A stretch of 64,000 nucleotides of DNA from contig CM035353.1 in assembly GCA_020137815.1 (NCBI GenBank), positions 5,270,001-5,334,000 on the forward strand, read 5' to 3'. Below the pieces are notes generated by a model. It was not told where the DNA came from, did not search any database, and saw only the letters and a list, made by a program, of their open reading frames with translations. This document shows, piece by piece, positions 14,116 to 27,781 of the stretch; position 1 is the stretch's first letter; every line of letters begins with the position of its first letter. The DNA is from Hormiphora californensis. Taxonomy: Eukaryota; Animalia; Ctenophora. The position numbers and the translations under genes are program-made.

Positions 14116-16838
14116 AGAGAGAGAGAGGCAGAGAGATAGTGAAAGAGGGGCAGAGAGAGAGAGGGGCAGAGAGAGAGAGGGGCAGAGAGAGAGAGAGAGA
14201 GGGGCAGGGAGATAGTGAGAGAGAGGGGCAGGGAGATAGTGAGATAATAAAAGAGAGGCAGAGAGAGAGAGAGAGAGGGAGAGATGAAGATCGAGCGAGA
14301 GTGAGAGATTACACTTACTTAAAATCTATATTCTTATACTGAAACGTCGTCTGAACAACCTGGGTTGTTTCCAATCTTGTACAGAGGATATCATCATATG
14401 TGGGGAGGTACCCTGGCGCTGATATCCTATCAATGTTATCAAAGAAACTGAGAGATGTGTAATTGTTACATTTAAATATTATACGCCTTACGCGAGTTAT
14501 TTGAGCATTTATGAAATCTTGGGGATAATCTGACAGGTATACGTGGGGGGCACGTCTAGCCAGTCAAAAACTCATGTCAAGGGGGCAGTATGTACTTACT
14601 ACTGGGCGCAGTCGTATATCTGATAGTCGGCTCGCATTTCAAAGGCTTGCTGCACACCCCTACACGGAAAGGTAACGCAATTAAAATACGGGTAGTCATG
14701 TGTATACACTATACACTGATGGAGTTTCAAATAAATGTAAAACTAATTATTGAGGATGTTTGCCTTGTTCGACCCTGCTTCACCGTGCCTTGCACAAATG
14801 TAAAGGAGAGTTAGAACATGACAAGAGGACATTTATTGTGAACAGTGAAGTGAATGGCAAATCGTTTTAATTTCACCAAAAATAGTAGTGGAATGTGGAG
14901 GGGTAATGTGGAGGGGGAGATGTGGAGGGGGAATGTGGAGGGGGAGATGTGGAGGGGTAATGGTGGATTACCTGTCTGACCATAGCCGCTTGACGGCCTG
15001 TCCATTATCCGGAGATAGACTCGTATCGAACTGACTGCACGGCTTCAGAAATGTGACAGATTCAGCGTCTTGCTAGGAAATTTATTAGGAACAAGGAGCT
15101 CAGTATATATTTCAGATCTAGGTATAACACTAACAGCATGACGTATGGGGAATAACATGATTTTAGAACGAATTGGCAGCATACATGTGTGTGTCAAGGA
15201 GTTCGGACAGACATATAGCAACAATACAGTGTACAAGATTAACATATTGTATGAACGGACGGACATATAGCAACACTACACTGTACAAGATTGACATATT
15301 GTATGAACGGACGGACATGTAGCAACAATACACTGTACAAGATTAACATATTGTATGAACGGACGGACATATAGCAACAATACACTGTACAAGATTGACA
15401 TATTGTATGAACGGACGGACATATAGCAACACTACACTGTACAAGATTGACATATTGTATGAACGGACGGACATATAGCAACAATACACTGTACAAGATT
15501 GACATATTGTATGAACGGACGGACATATAGCAACACTACACTGTACAAGATTGACATATTGTATGAACGGACGGACATATAGCAACAATACACTGTACAA
15601 GATTGACATATTGTATGAACGGACGGACAGAAGTTGAACCGCAGCAGCTACACTAAAGATGACATAAAACGAGCTGAACGAGCCAGACATAAAATGCAGT
15701 AGCCTGTTTTTGTGTCCAGGATACACTAGCCAATCACAGGCTTTTGTTTAGAAATCCAGGCCTCTGATTGGCTCGTACACCCAACTGAATACTAATCAGC
15801 TAGAGTTATGAATAGCGGCTAAATAGATTATATCTACCTTCATAAAGTATTTTATGTCAAATACCCGCTTTTTATCTTCTACAATTGTACAACAACCGGT
15901 TACAATTTAACACATTTTGATAACACACACACACACACATACACACACACACACACACACATGTTTGAGACATTACATATGTGTATACACATGTTAAGAC
16001 GAACAATTTAAATTACAGTCGGACCCAGATTTACCGGGATGCTCGGGGAAAGGGTTTTGTCAAGTAAATCAGTGTCCGACTGTAATTACACAAATCAATT
16101 AAGATCAGTTATATAATCGGACCGATGGAGCTCAGACCTGTTATTCGTTCAGGTCGCTCGTAAGGCATTCCCATGTTTTCCATAGCAGTGAGTATGGCAC
16201 ACATGCAGTCCACAATGTTCCGGTGGATAATGTTGATGTATTGTTGTCGTTCTTGCTGATGGGAGGGAGTTTAGTTCAGACAGGGCCTTCATGTTGATAT
16301 GTTATCTCTTGCAGAACACATGTTAATTAGTTAATTAATTGATCACACACCTCATTATACCCTTGGCGATGTAGAATTTTCATCTGTTTTAGAATTGTAC
16401 TTTTCCCACTTTCACCTGGACCTGAAGCAACATCGTGTTATTCGTTGGGCCCAGGAAGGATATCAAAAGGGGTTATGATTCGGGGACGAAAAACTAGCCT
16501 AAAGTCCGATTTTTAATAATGCGAACGGGGGGGGGGGGGGGGGGGGGCGCAAAAAACTTTCCCACGCACCGTGGGAAAGTTTTTTCTCGGTTGTTTCGAT
16601 CATATCTCTGGCTCCAAATAAGATAAACACTTGATCTTGACAGCATTGAAAAGGTCTTAAAATTATCTTTCCGATACTTCCGGGATCAAGTCTTAAGATT
16701 GTCAGGAATAGAATTTAGCATGCGCAAATGGAATTAAGTGGAATTAAGTGCGCACCCCCCGTTCACATTATTAAAAATCGGACTTTAGCTGGGTGAGTAA
16801 GATGAGGCATTATTTTGAAGTTTCAAATAATGAAAGAA

Positions 16839-16920
<82 letters not shown>

Positions 16921-17443
16921 CATCAGCGATCTGTCATCTGAATATACATAGTACGAATTAGATTACCTAATCAAGATATAGAGCTAGTGGATTGAATGAA
17001 CAATGTTCATTGAACAGGGCTCTCTCTTATCCACCAAATAGATTAGGAAATGTTAGCTAATACAGCAACATTATATATTCACGAATACAACACATATATA
17101 ACACAATAGATCACATATACAATATATATATAATATACTAATTTCACATACCTAAAAGAAGAAGTTGAACCTCATTTTGTCTCTTTTCCTTCCACTCTTG
17201 TATTTGTTTGTCGATTTGCTTATTTTTAGCAGCATCCCCTTCACCTAACGGCTCCGTGCCCGAGGAGGGTGTCCGTGACAGCCTGCATGGGTCAAATGTT
17301 AATAATACTTCGCATGAAAATTAATAAAAGCAAGAAATTAATATTCTGTCCCCCCCCCTTTTGTACTCCTTTCTGTCCCCTCTTTTCTCCCCCGGCTCGA
17401 TGACTTACCCAGGGCAACAGCGGTCAAGCAAGTTTTTCACCAT
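11731..17443 (-). CDS. Heterotrimeric G-protein alpha subunit, divergent Gi/o-like; exons 17409-17443, 17152-17282, 16351-16421, 16138-16255, 14972-15068, 14600-14659, 14319-14447, 13803-13932, 13490-13643, 11731-11918
   Basis: The spliced protein contains [99 protein letters not shown] and [33 protein letters not shown]. Introns are GT-AG and phase-consistent; the exon 5 acceptor is slightly uncertain. Confidence 0.95.
11904..12420. repeat. ~39-bp minisatellite (~13 units) spanning the G-alpha last-exon splice acceptor
   Basis: Unit TTAGGTTATTAGAACCTGCAGCAGGGGGGAGATGTGGGA. On the minus strand it is a pyrimidine tract + CAG + the first ~15 nt of the exon. Confidence 0.95.
12741..13190. mobile_element. 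MITE with TTAA TSD and AG...CT ends (Kolobok-like), in a G-alpha intron
   Basis: TTAA|AGGTTGACAAGATACC...GGTATCTTGTCAACCT|TTAA, with ~120-bp TIRs. Confidence 0.8.
15205..15628. repeat. 52-bp minisatellite, ~8 units, intronic
   Basis: Unit GGACGGACATATAGCAACAATACACTGTACAAGATTGACATATTGTATGAAC. Confidence 0.92.
16016..16082. mobile_element. Short Tc1/pogo-type MITE (CAGTCGGAC family); relatives at ~20035, 26566, 36480, 38067, 46213-46300, 47405, 53137-53308 and 57998
   Basis: TA|CAGTCGGAC...GTCCGACTG|TA with internal CCCGATTTACCGG motifs. Confidence 0.8.
16502..16785. mobile_element. MITE-like inverted-repeat element
   Basis: AAGTCCGATTTTTAATAATG...CATTATTAAAAATCGGACTT flanked by TA. Confidence 0.7.
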
Positions 17444-18234
17444 TCTGTGAATTGTCTCACCATGGTACACACAACACGCTCCTAGATCTTGTTTCAGGTG
17501 TTATTCCAATGCGGTATGTAGCGGCCCTTTTTCAACTCAGATCCGCGATACACACACACACACACACGGGGGGAGACTTGCAATTCGTACCTAAACCATT
17601 GCTATAGATTGGAAATGTTTAGTTAGAGCAATGAGCCAAAAATGTAAAAAAGAAGTGGAAGAAAAGAACGAGAGAGAGAGAGTATTTTGTACAAGCAAGC
17701 ACGGGGTGTCTCTCTCTCTCTCTGAGAGACTCTCTTCGAATGAGTCGAGGTGTGAGTGCATAGACCCAGCCACTCCATATATATATTCCCTAAATCCAGC
17801 GGCGCAGACAACACCCTGATTATCCCCGTTAAGGCACTACCAGCTCACATATTGTGTTGCTGCTTGTTGGTAAAACTGTAAAGGGTATAAATACCAGCCA
17901 CCACCCCCCGCCATCAGGTTCCATCGATATCTTCTTGTCCAGATCGTCTGTACTACCACCATGATTATACCCATTATGGTACTTCATTGCATGCAAGTCT
18001 TTAGACCTCTTTTATAATCTGGAAATGTCTAAAGTCGTTAAAAGATTGAAGTACTCTGTAATGTCATATATTTACAAAATATAGCCCATTTGATACCAGT
18101 TTTATGGTTGCCATGGCAATTGAAGCGGTTGATAAAAATATAAATGTTTGTGCAATGTGTATGCTGCTCATGCTTCGGCCCGCTGTGCCTGCGAGCCGTG
18201 AGGGGCGTAGTCTTATACGAGTCAAGCTTATACA

Positions 18235-18413
18235 AGGTGGCCCATAAATTATGATAGCGGGGGACAAGCTGTACCTCCGAAACGGTAGTTGTGCAAAAAA
18301 CAAACTACGGGAACATGCTGGAACAATTCCTGGACGGCTTTTTGCAAATTATGAAATTATCACCGTTTCGGAGGTACTGCTCGTCCCCCGCTATCATAAT
18401 TTATGGGCCACCT
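18235..18413. mobile_element. MITE-like palindrome
   Basis: AGGTGGCCCATAAATTATGATAGCGGGGGAC...GTCCCCCGCTATCATAATTTATGGGCCACCT. Confidence 0.75.
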
Positions 18414-18989
18414 AAATACTGAGTTTATATGAAACATTGAAACAAGCGGTGGTATTTTACAAGCTGTAAGTAGTCTACAGTGAGCAAGAGTGAAATGGGG
18501 GAGCGAAGCTAATAAACAAATCAAATTTTACTCTCACAGTCTCTCTAAAAGCTGTGAATTAAAGTGAACTTATAAAGTATAAACGGTGAGCTAGGTCAGG
18601 TAATAATAATATTGTAGTATTGCGATTGGGGGGGGGGGGGGGGGAGCTTTACCATTTTTCTATTTTTGTGATTCTCGGTATTTACCTCAATAATCTCATA
18701 AATGAGAAAATTTAAAAAAAAAGAGGCTCTAATATGGCATTGATCTAAGAACGTTACTAACTTATTAGTAAGATCTGGTGTTAGGCTAAAAATATAACGA
18801 AAAACTGAGTATTGCATTGGCAGCCAAAATGGGGGAAATTTACCACAGAAATCTCAAAAGAATTTCAAGCAAATTTCGAAAAAATCTCAAGAAGTAAAAC
18901 TAGGGTAGATGAGATTCTCCCTAGCAGCGCACCACCCCCCCCCCCCATATTATAGTTTGGTTTGGTTCATATATGATTTCATATTCTTT

Positions 18990-19105
18990 CACCGACGACA
19001 GACAGAAGACGATCTGGTGGTGAATCCGAAAGGATGATCCGGCACTATGCTTGGCTGTGTGACTGTTTACAGTCCCAGATGAGCGGCCCAAACCAAACCA
19101 AACCA
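18990..19105 (+). repeat. SINE/LINE-3'-like dispersed repeat ending in (AAACC)n; second copy at ~26800-26940
   Basis: Both copies share ACGATCTGGTGG...GGATGATCCG...GGCACTATGC...TGTTTACAGTCCCAGA...GATGAGCG.CCC followed by (AAACC)n. Confidence 0.6.
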
Positions 19106-20935
19106 TATTACAGTACGACTATTACAGAATACAATATAATTAAAGTTGATACCATATTTATGGTATCATGTTTATCATATCATTCATCACAAATAGAATG
19201 AGATACATATCCTATATGTGATTGTTATGTTATGACCCTTCTTCGGAGCGCCGTGCGGGGCACAGTAAACAGGGTCGAGCAAGGCAACTAAGTACTACTA
19301 AGGTATGGGATAAGTATCCTATGTGATGGGCCCGGGCGCTTGCCAGCGCTATGATACGTATAGCAAGCAAGGGGAACACAACCTCAGGTGCAGGCTGTGA
19401 AAAATAAAATCTGTCAAACTGTGCAACATTCATGGCCAGGATACATGGTGTGTAACAGGGAGTGAACAATTTTAGCACGGAAATGATCCAAAAAAACCTC
19501 AGCTCTTTTTCGACTCCAAGTAAATAGTTGAAGCCAAACATGCACACTGAATAACGGTGTGGGCTACACGTGTCTCATTTGGACCTTTATATACACTGGG
19601 GCAGTCCTATCTGGCACTTCAATTCATTAAGAATGATGTAGAGAAAGCTCTGAGAGAGATCTTTCCATTTTAAGATGCAATCTTGTTCCATCTCTGCGAT
19701 TAAATTCTGTGACCTCTGTCATGCCCCCCTTTCTCTCTCCCTCTCTCTCATCTGCATATATCTCTCTACATCGTCTCTGCTGCTACAGCAGTACTCCCTC
19801 TCTTTCAAATTTATATCCCATTCCCTCACTCGCACGGCCACTGTAAAAATGTCACAGTGAGACACACTCAGTATGAACCCCCCCCCCCCCCCCCGGCCGT
19901 GTTGGTAATGTGATACGTGGAAACATTTTTCAACTCAAACACACATTTCTCTGTTCACTGTTCAACTGTTTAGGAAATTCTGAATTATAGACAATCATTC
20001 ATAAAATTAAAATATAGGTCGATGTTGTGATCCATCGGACCCCGATTTACCGGGAGGATAAGTCTTCCCCCGATATACCGGGCACCCCGATATACCGGGC
20101 AAAACCCTTACCTTTTCAAAATTGCGTTATGAACTAAGTCACACTCCTTCCACACTCCTTCCACACACACACTTGTGCTGACACACACACACACATTATA
20201 TGTATGGTAACACACCCCCGGCCCTGTCAGCACTAAGCAACTTTTTCGAAGTTTCTGTAAAGAAAGAAACATATCTCTACTATAAAGTGGGAGATATAAT
20301 ATATGTGTTTGAAGAAAGCTACTACTATAACGCCTCCTGGATAATTTGCAGAGCTGTATCTCTTTGTTGTAACAGAAGCTGTCAAGGGTGTGGTAGAATA
20401 TATATCAAGATTCAAAATATAACAGCTTTGGTGGAAAATCAGATACTAGATCTAAAAATCGTAAGGACAAAGGGAAATATAGGAACGATGAAGTGATCTA
20501 AACAAAAGGGAAATTTGAACCGTAGTCGCGGAGAAATGGGGGGATCAACTGGGAAGTGAATACCTCTAACATCATACTCAGCTTCGAGAAAGAAAAACAA
20601 ACTAAGTAGATTTACTGCATAGTTTCCTATGTAGAAAGGGGGTTGTTTACCTCCAGGCCTTCCGAGATGGACTGCTTGGGGTATCTATTACAAGTCTGCC
20701 GGGACTCACTCTATAACACTCCATTCTGTTTACACTAACATATCGCAATACTGTTTATCTCAATTAATACAGATATATGCTGTGTATCTCAATACCCTCT
20801 CAACATCAATCTCAAGATAACTAGAATTGGGGCAGTTGAATCTCAATTTATGAGGGAAGGCTGGCCCGGTTAGTCGATTTCTGACCTACGATATAATAAC
20901 CATTGATCCAATAATGAAAAAAAGGTATTTTTCCA

Positions 20936-21242
20936 CAGGGGTGTAGGAATGATTTTTCAAGTGAGGAGGCGAAGTCACGTGACCAATTACAGCGCTGGCC
21001 AGCGCCCAAGAATTTTTTTGTGAGCAAGATTTAGCCACCTATTCCATTGCATTTATCTTAAATCTTGCGGAGCGACAGCGGAGCCCGAAAAAATTTGTAG
21101 GGTTATGAGCCAAAAAGTCATGATTTCGCCATTTGGAAGTGATTGTTGACTGTGGTGACAGAAGTGAGTGGGCGAACCTGGCCAAAAGTGGGGGGGGGGG
21201 GGGGCGACCGCCCCCCTCGCCCCCCCTATTCCTACACCCCTG
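20936..21242. mobile_element. Non-autonomous hAT element (copy 1)
   Basis: TIRs CAGGGGTGTAGGAAT / ATTCCTACACCCCTG, with a perfect 8-bp TSD TTTTTCCA. Confidence 0.9.
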
Positions 21243-21422
21243 TTTTTCCATATCTTTTTAGTTTTTCCTTTCACCAATTTTATGCCTCCTTCTCTCATGT
21301 TTTCTCTTTTTAATTTAGGTGTAGTGTGACATGTAATAAGATTACAGGTGGGCACGTCCAATACTACCTCCGTCCCCCACTCTCTCTCTATCTCTTTATC
21401 TCTCTATCTCTCTATCTCACTA

Positions 21423-21512
<90 letters not shown>

Positions 21513-22724
21513 GCACACACCCACACTGTAACGCAAGAAGAGGAAGTTTTAAAATGCAGGAGAGAGGAAAAGCCGCGAATTTGTAATTTTTCCATCTGAC
21601 ACACGAGAGAGTATAACAGAAAAGAGAACAAGTGCAGAGTGGTACACGCGGTAAAATTCTGATACGTTTTTAATGCAATAAAATCCGGACGTCCTTATAA
21701 TAGATCCTTGACGATACGAAGCGAGAATTCAGAATATAATATAGACCATACTGCACTCATCATGGTTAAACTTGTCTTGCTCAACCCTTTCTCTCTCTCC
21801 GGTTTGAAAAAATAAGGTATTACACCTCGTCAATCCATGCTCACGAGGTGTGTCTTCATTCCAACCTCAGGATTCTATCAGGGCAATTCTCTTACAGGCC
21901 TTGCTCGACCCTTTTTGACTGCACCCTGATTAGTAAATACTAATGAGGGTCACGGAACACGTCTATATATTTACTAATTAGATGTAATTATTCCATCGCA
22001 TGATCAAATGCGGTAGACAGAAGAAAAGGTATATTATAAGGAGGAAAAATGCTTGCAGCAAACATTGAAACTTTGACCAAAAATGAAGGGCCGTAAGCCC
22101 AAACTTCCCGATAAGATAGAAAGCTAAATTTGGTCGCGTTAGATTCGTCTAAAAAAAGGTTAAATTCAGAAAAGATCCGTTCAGAAAGGGGTTTCCAGAC
22201 CGAGGCCTACACTAAATTACAATTTACACTATATCATATACTACTGGAAATTACTACTGGGACGAGGGTCACTCAAGCCAGCTATCTAAACCAGAAAGGG
22301 ACACCGACAGGGATTTCATAACATAAGAGAGATAACCCAATTAGCCTTAAATACCATGTTCAAGTGTACACGCCGGTGCTGAACTTTGAATAAACACATT
22401 AATTCACCAATGATTAATGAACTATTTAAATAAATAAATAAACCCTCTTACAAATCAATATACATGGGACATGGGAGCTGTACGAAGGTAAACGTACACG
22501 TTGGCGTGCAACAGAATACACATGCACGCGTACACTAGCTGGTATGCTTCCTGGTTCTTCAAGCTGACTCATTGGGTGCCTGTGTATCATGTGACGTTTG
22601 ACAAGATGTCCCATTGGCTGGCCAGCGTCACGTGATACGGTGAACAATTAAAGCTAAAATAGGCGCTCTTCTCTTGTCGGAGAACGGGGAAAGAGAGAAT
22701 AAGAGAGAGAAGAGAAGAGAGAGA

Positions 22725-22761
<37 letters not shown>

Positions 22762-22766
22762 TAGAG

Positions 22767-22906
<140 letters not shown>

Positions 22907-23016
22907 TAGGATAGAGAGAAGAGATAGATAAAGAGAGAGAAGAGCCGATAGCGAGAGAGAGCGATGAAGAACGAAGAGAGATTTCGAGATGCGATATATA
23001 TATATAGAGAGAGGAA

Positions 23017-23098
<82 letters not shown>

Positions 23099-23665
23099 CT
23101 CTCTTCTCCCCTTCTTTTACACGAATGAAACACCACAGCTATGGGCAAGGAGAAAAAGCGAGATGTGCAAAATACGGTACATAAGGAGGTTTTACAGTAG
23201 GAAAACGCACCACCCAAATCAACGTGATTCTGCTTACATGTATGGAAGAGAAAATGAGACCTAGGAAATAATAGTTGTGTGAGAGCTAGCCAGCTAAATA
23301 TGACCATGATACTTTGGGAATATAATAAAATATTATATATACAATCAATAAACCCGGGACACCATAATATAATGTCCTTGGTAATGAAATTACCCCTCCG
23401 TGTGAGTGCCCTGTAAATGGCTGACTGCCCGCCGCCCGATATCTGTATAAAGATTAAAGAGTCCTGTTCTTGAATGTCGCAAAGAAAAGGGACTACATAT
23501 AAAATGGGTCTGAGATGTCAGACTGTATCGAAGCCATTTTGAAATGTAACGCTCAGCATTATTCATTGGGGATTCTAAGGCTTAATAGAAAGCAAAGAAA
23601 AAATTATTAACGATTAAAAGCCCGGCCCACTGAACAACGTTGGATTACGTTTTCCTAACATAATA

Positions 23666-23876
23666 GGGACAGTCCACGTCTGAGTGAGATAATCTCACTC
23701 AGACATCACAGAATTTCTCCTAAGTGTACAATCTTTTTACAAAAATTAGAGTTGCTATATAAACTAGAGCATCTCTAGCTTATGTAGCAACTCTATTTTT
23801 GTAAAAAAGATTGTACACTTAGGAGAAATTCTGTGATGTCTGAGTGAGATTATCTCACTCAGACGTGGACTGTCCC
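23666..23876. mobile_element. Palindromic MITE with 4-bp TSD (Sola2-like)
   Basis: AATA|GGGACAGTCCACG...CGTGGACTGTCCC|AATA. Each arm holds an internal hairpin TCTGAGTGAGAT.ATCTCACTCAGA. Confidence 0.7.
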
Positions 23877-23921
23877 AATAACTTGTATTATAGCACAATC
23901 AGGGTCCTCGAGGCAAAACGT

Positions 23922-25570
23922 AGCTAACGTGTTGGGCAAAAAAAATGTCCCCCCTAGACTAGCATAGTTCCAGATATCGTAGAGCTCTAAAATTTTACAC
24001 AGTTACTCTATGGGACAAATAAATAAGTTCCACAAAATTTCAGACTTTTAGCTCAAAGTTCATTTTTTTGATCGGAATGAACATTGTTATTCATTCCAAA
24101 AAACATGATTTTTCGGTCCAGAAGCCAAGCAATTGTCTTTGGCTCTCGATTTTGGGGGGGTCGTCACCTTTTATTTTGCCCACTTTTGCCCACATTTGCC
24201 CACATGGGCAAACCAAAATCTCAAAAAACAGGTATAATGTGGGCAAAGTGGGCAAAAAGTGGGCAAAAATATTATAAGCATCAAAACTTTACCAGAAAAC
24301 CCTCTGTGACAAATGTTTTTCACCTCCAATGTCTTCCAAGAGGTCCCCTCTATCGATTCCAACCGATAATTAATGTACTTACTTATGACTTAGGGTTGAT
24401 AAGGCTCCATGTCCGACTGGACAAAAGTGGGCAAAAAAATTTGGAAAAATTAGGCAAAGGCCAGTGATTTTTCGTCATTTTGGGGCTATTTAGGGAACTG
24501 ATACATAACAAAGGTTTTCCACTTGCATTGTACTCCAATGGGGTCCCAGAAAAACCAGAAAAATTTTCCACTCCAACCATGTGAGAAACGTGCCTAAAAT
24601 GACCAATTTTCCTAATTTTGCCAACATATTTTGCCCATTTTCCCAGTTGGATATGGAGCCTTATCAACCCTGAGCAAATATATTATCGGTTGGAATCGAT
24701 AGGGGGGACCTCTAGGAGGACATTGGTGGTGAAAAACCTTTGTCACAGACGATTACCTGGTTGATAGCATATATTTTTTATGGATTTAAATTTTTTGCCT
24801 ACTTTTGCCTACTTTTGCCCACTTTTGCCCACTTTTGCCCATGTGGGCAAATTCAAAATTTAAGAATAATGTGGGCAGTGGGCAAAAAAAAAGGTGACGT
24901 ACCCCCCTCGATTTTCTTTCAAATGCGACCAAGAAAAGCCAAAACGGACAACCACAAGGCACACAGTGGTCATGTTTCTGACAGTTAGTCACGTCATGTG
25001 ATCCCCACCGAATCGTGTAATTTATTCAGAATTGCTAATCATGCTTAGTGGTGGAGAATCACGTATCACAGCTGCTAATGAGGGATGACGATGACTATTG
25101 GTCATGAGATCCGAAGCTCATTAACAAGTGGCCTCTTTACCCAAGTGATGCCGAATCACATGTCGCTTTTTCGATACACATCCCTCATTAGCGACTGTGA
25201 TACGTGATTCTTCCCCACTAAGCCTGATTAGCAACTCACGATTCGGTGGGGATCACATGACCTGGCTAACTGTCAGAAACATGACCACTGTGTGCCATGT
25301 GGTTGTCCGTTTTGGCTTTTCTTGGTCGCATTTGAAAGAAAATCGAGAGCCAAAGACAATTGCTTGGCTTCTGGACCGAAAAATCATGTTTTTTGGAATG
25401 AATAACAATGTTCATTCCGATCAAAAAAATGAACTTTGAGCTAAAAGTCTGAAATTTTGTGGAACTTATTTATTTGTCCCATAGAGTAACTGTGTAAAAT
25501 TTTAGAGCTCTACGATATCTGGAACTATGCTAGTCTAGGGGGGACATTTTTTTTGCCCAACACGTTAGCT
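23922..25570. mobile_element. ~1.65-kb composite foldback element with ~230-bp TIRs and internal inverted modules
   Basis: AGCTAACGTGTTGGGC...GCCCAACACGTTAGCT. Internal inverted pairs lie at ~24160-24470 / 24640-24900 and ~24910-25090 / 25180-25340, with TTTGCCCAC subrepeats. Confidence 0.8.
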
Positions 25571-27138
25571 TATAAAAAAATATGTAGTATCACTATAGTA
25601 CCTGATGGATATAGTGATACTACATATTTTCACATTTTAATTTCGCATAATCTGCGTTTGAAATATATTTAGATTTACGATGACCGCTGGTGCCGTACGG
25701 AATAATTCGCACGATCTGGCATCAAAGAATGGTGGTAATAAAATGCCAAGAACAATATAATATATGACAGGAGCAGAATTAGGAAGAAGTGATATCTGTG
25801 ATATCAGTGTCAATTTAATTGCACCTGAATAGTATTTAGGGAATATTACAAAAGATGAATTACTATGAGGGTGCACCTCAAGTAATTAGGGCTTTTTCAA
25901 ACCCTCCCTTACAGGCGATCTGAGCTAGGGGTAATACATATAACCATTTTGACTCACTTTTTCGGTGAGCGGTTCTGAAACCCCTCCTTAGTTAGGCCAG
26001 GAGTAGTGTGATACCCCTGTCAACGCCGTGCGGCTCTCGCCGCCGCCAGTGGTTGACCACGGTCTTCCTGGAACGTCTGAAGTAACATGCTCTGCATAAA
26101 CAGATTGGTGGGTGGCCTTGCTACGGCGGAGTGGTGGACGTGCTGGGGCACCTAATAAGCGTGTTCGGTGCGGCCTCTAGACTACTTTCGGGCAGGTCAT
26201 CCTCCAGACGCAGCAATCACAAACAAACCCCTCCTTAGAGGGTTTTTTCGTAACCTAAGGTGTCACATGGGTGACATTTTTGTCTTCTGCTACTGCACTG
26301 TACAGCACTAGAAATGATGTACAAATGGTATGAGTCGCCTGACACTGTATTATGAATTAGTCCATAAGCAGTATAATCGCTTTTTTATAGCTTTTTAAAG
26401 TATTATATAGCCATGAATTGTTGCTTCATTCCCTCAAGCGATTTAATGTCAAATTTGTTATTAAATGCACTTATGTACAAAGAATATTCTGTGTCAATTG
26501 ATTGACGATTGTAATCAATTGACACAGAATAATCTCTTAGTGTAGGACTTAACGGTGTACCATGTACAATCGGACCCTGACTTACCGGGCCCCGATTTAC
26601 CGGAACCCCGATTTACCGAGGCGATAAACTTCCCCCGAACTATTTTGGCCTATTTTCACTGAAAATTTCAGGTTTTCGAATTTTCTCAGGCATAAGACAC
26701 TGCAGGGTCCGAATTTATACTCTATCTCTCTCTCTCTCTTTCTTTCTCTCTCCCCCCACTCAATATACACCACCGAATCAACAGGAAAACACCGCACAAT
26801 AACCACGATCTGGTGGTAATTCCAAATGGATGATCCGACGACCGGCACTATGCAGTCTCGCCCGGTCGGCGAGACTTGCCTGTTTACAGTCCCAGAGGGG
26901 CAGATGAGCGACCCAAACCAAACCAAACCAAACCAAACAAGAAAATAAGAATTTGCGTGGGCAGTATCCAACCAATATTCCCATCAATCCCCTTGCCCAC
27001 CAACCATAACAACCCGTCAATTTGGACGTGGAAATGTACATCGATTTCCTCAAGGATATTTGCATTTAATGTAGTAATATGTTTTAACTGGACACGCTGT
27101 AAATTACGGCCCGTAATGATATTGTTTGGTTAAAATGT

Positions 27139-27284
27139 AAAGTCGGATTTTTTGAAGTTGTCACCCCCTTCTCGTGTGCTTGCTTTTTGCGTGCCTATCA
27201 CATGTTAACGTGTGGTGTGCGCGTCAAAAATAGAAAAATATCTCATGTGCAGATTGGGGGTGACAACTTGAATAATTCCGACTT
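27139..27284. mobile_element. Small MITE; degenerate relative at ~60428-60565
   Basis: AAAGTCGGATT..TGAAGTTGTCACCCC...GGGGTGACAACTTGAA..TTCCGACTTT. Confidence 0.6.
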
Positions 27285-27416
27285 TGTCGTGTGAGTGTAG
27301 TGTGCGATGGATGTATCATATATCATGTATGAAATAGTTCAATCGGGAGACACTTTCAGCCACAGACGATGAAGATAAACCGCCTCAGCTCAACTTTCAA
27401 CTTTTTCCCGCTAGCC

Positions 27417-27713
27417 CAGGGGTGTAGGAATGATTTTTCAAGTGAGGGGGCGAAGTCACGTGACCAATTACAGCGCTGGCCAGCGCCCAAGAATTTTTTT
27501 GTGAGCAAGATTTAGTCACCTATTTCATTGCGTTTACCATACATCGGGCGGAGCGACAGCGGAGCCCGAGGAAATTTTTAGGGTTTTGAGCCAAAAAGTC
27601 ACGATTTCGTCGTTTGGGAGTGAGTGTTGACTGTTTGTGACAGAAGTGAGGGGGCGAACCTGGCCAAAAGTGGGGGGCGGCCGCCCCCCTCCCCCCCCAT
27701 TCCTACACCCCTG
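27417..27713. mobile_element. Non-autonomous hAT element (copy 2), inserted into a small hairpin element (~27385-27773)
   Basis: Same TIRs and body as 20936-21242; TSD CGCTAGCC / CGCTAGCA (7 of 8 match). Removing it restores the hairpin CAACTTT..CCCGCTAGCCCCCACTCTGAGCTCAGAGTGGGGGCTAGCGGG..AAAGTTG. Confidence 0.85.
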
Positions 27714-27781
27714 CGCTAGCACCCACTCTGAGCTCAGAGTGGGGGCTAGCGGGAGAAAGTTGAAAGTTCAGCTTTCCAGAT

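Noticed and set aside
22480-22650. Possible tRNA/SINE head or SL RNA gene
   Set aside because: No convincing A/B boxes, cloverleaf or leader-plus-Sm site could be seen; no RNA genes are called in this window.
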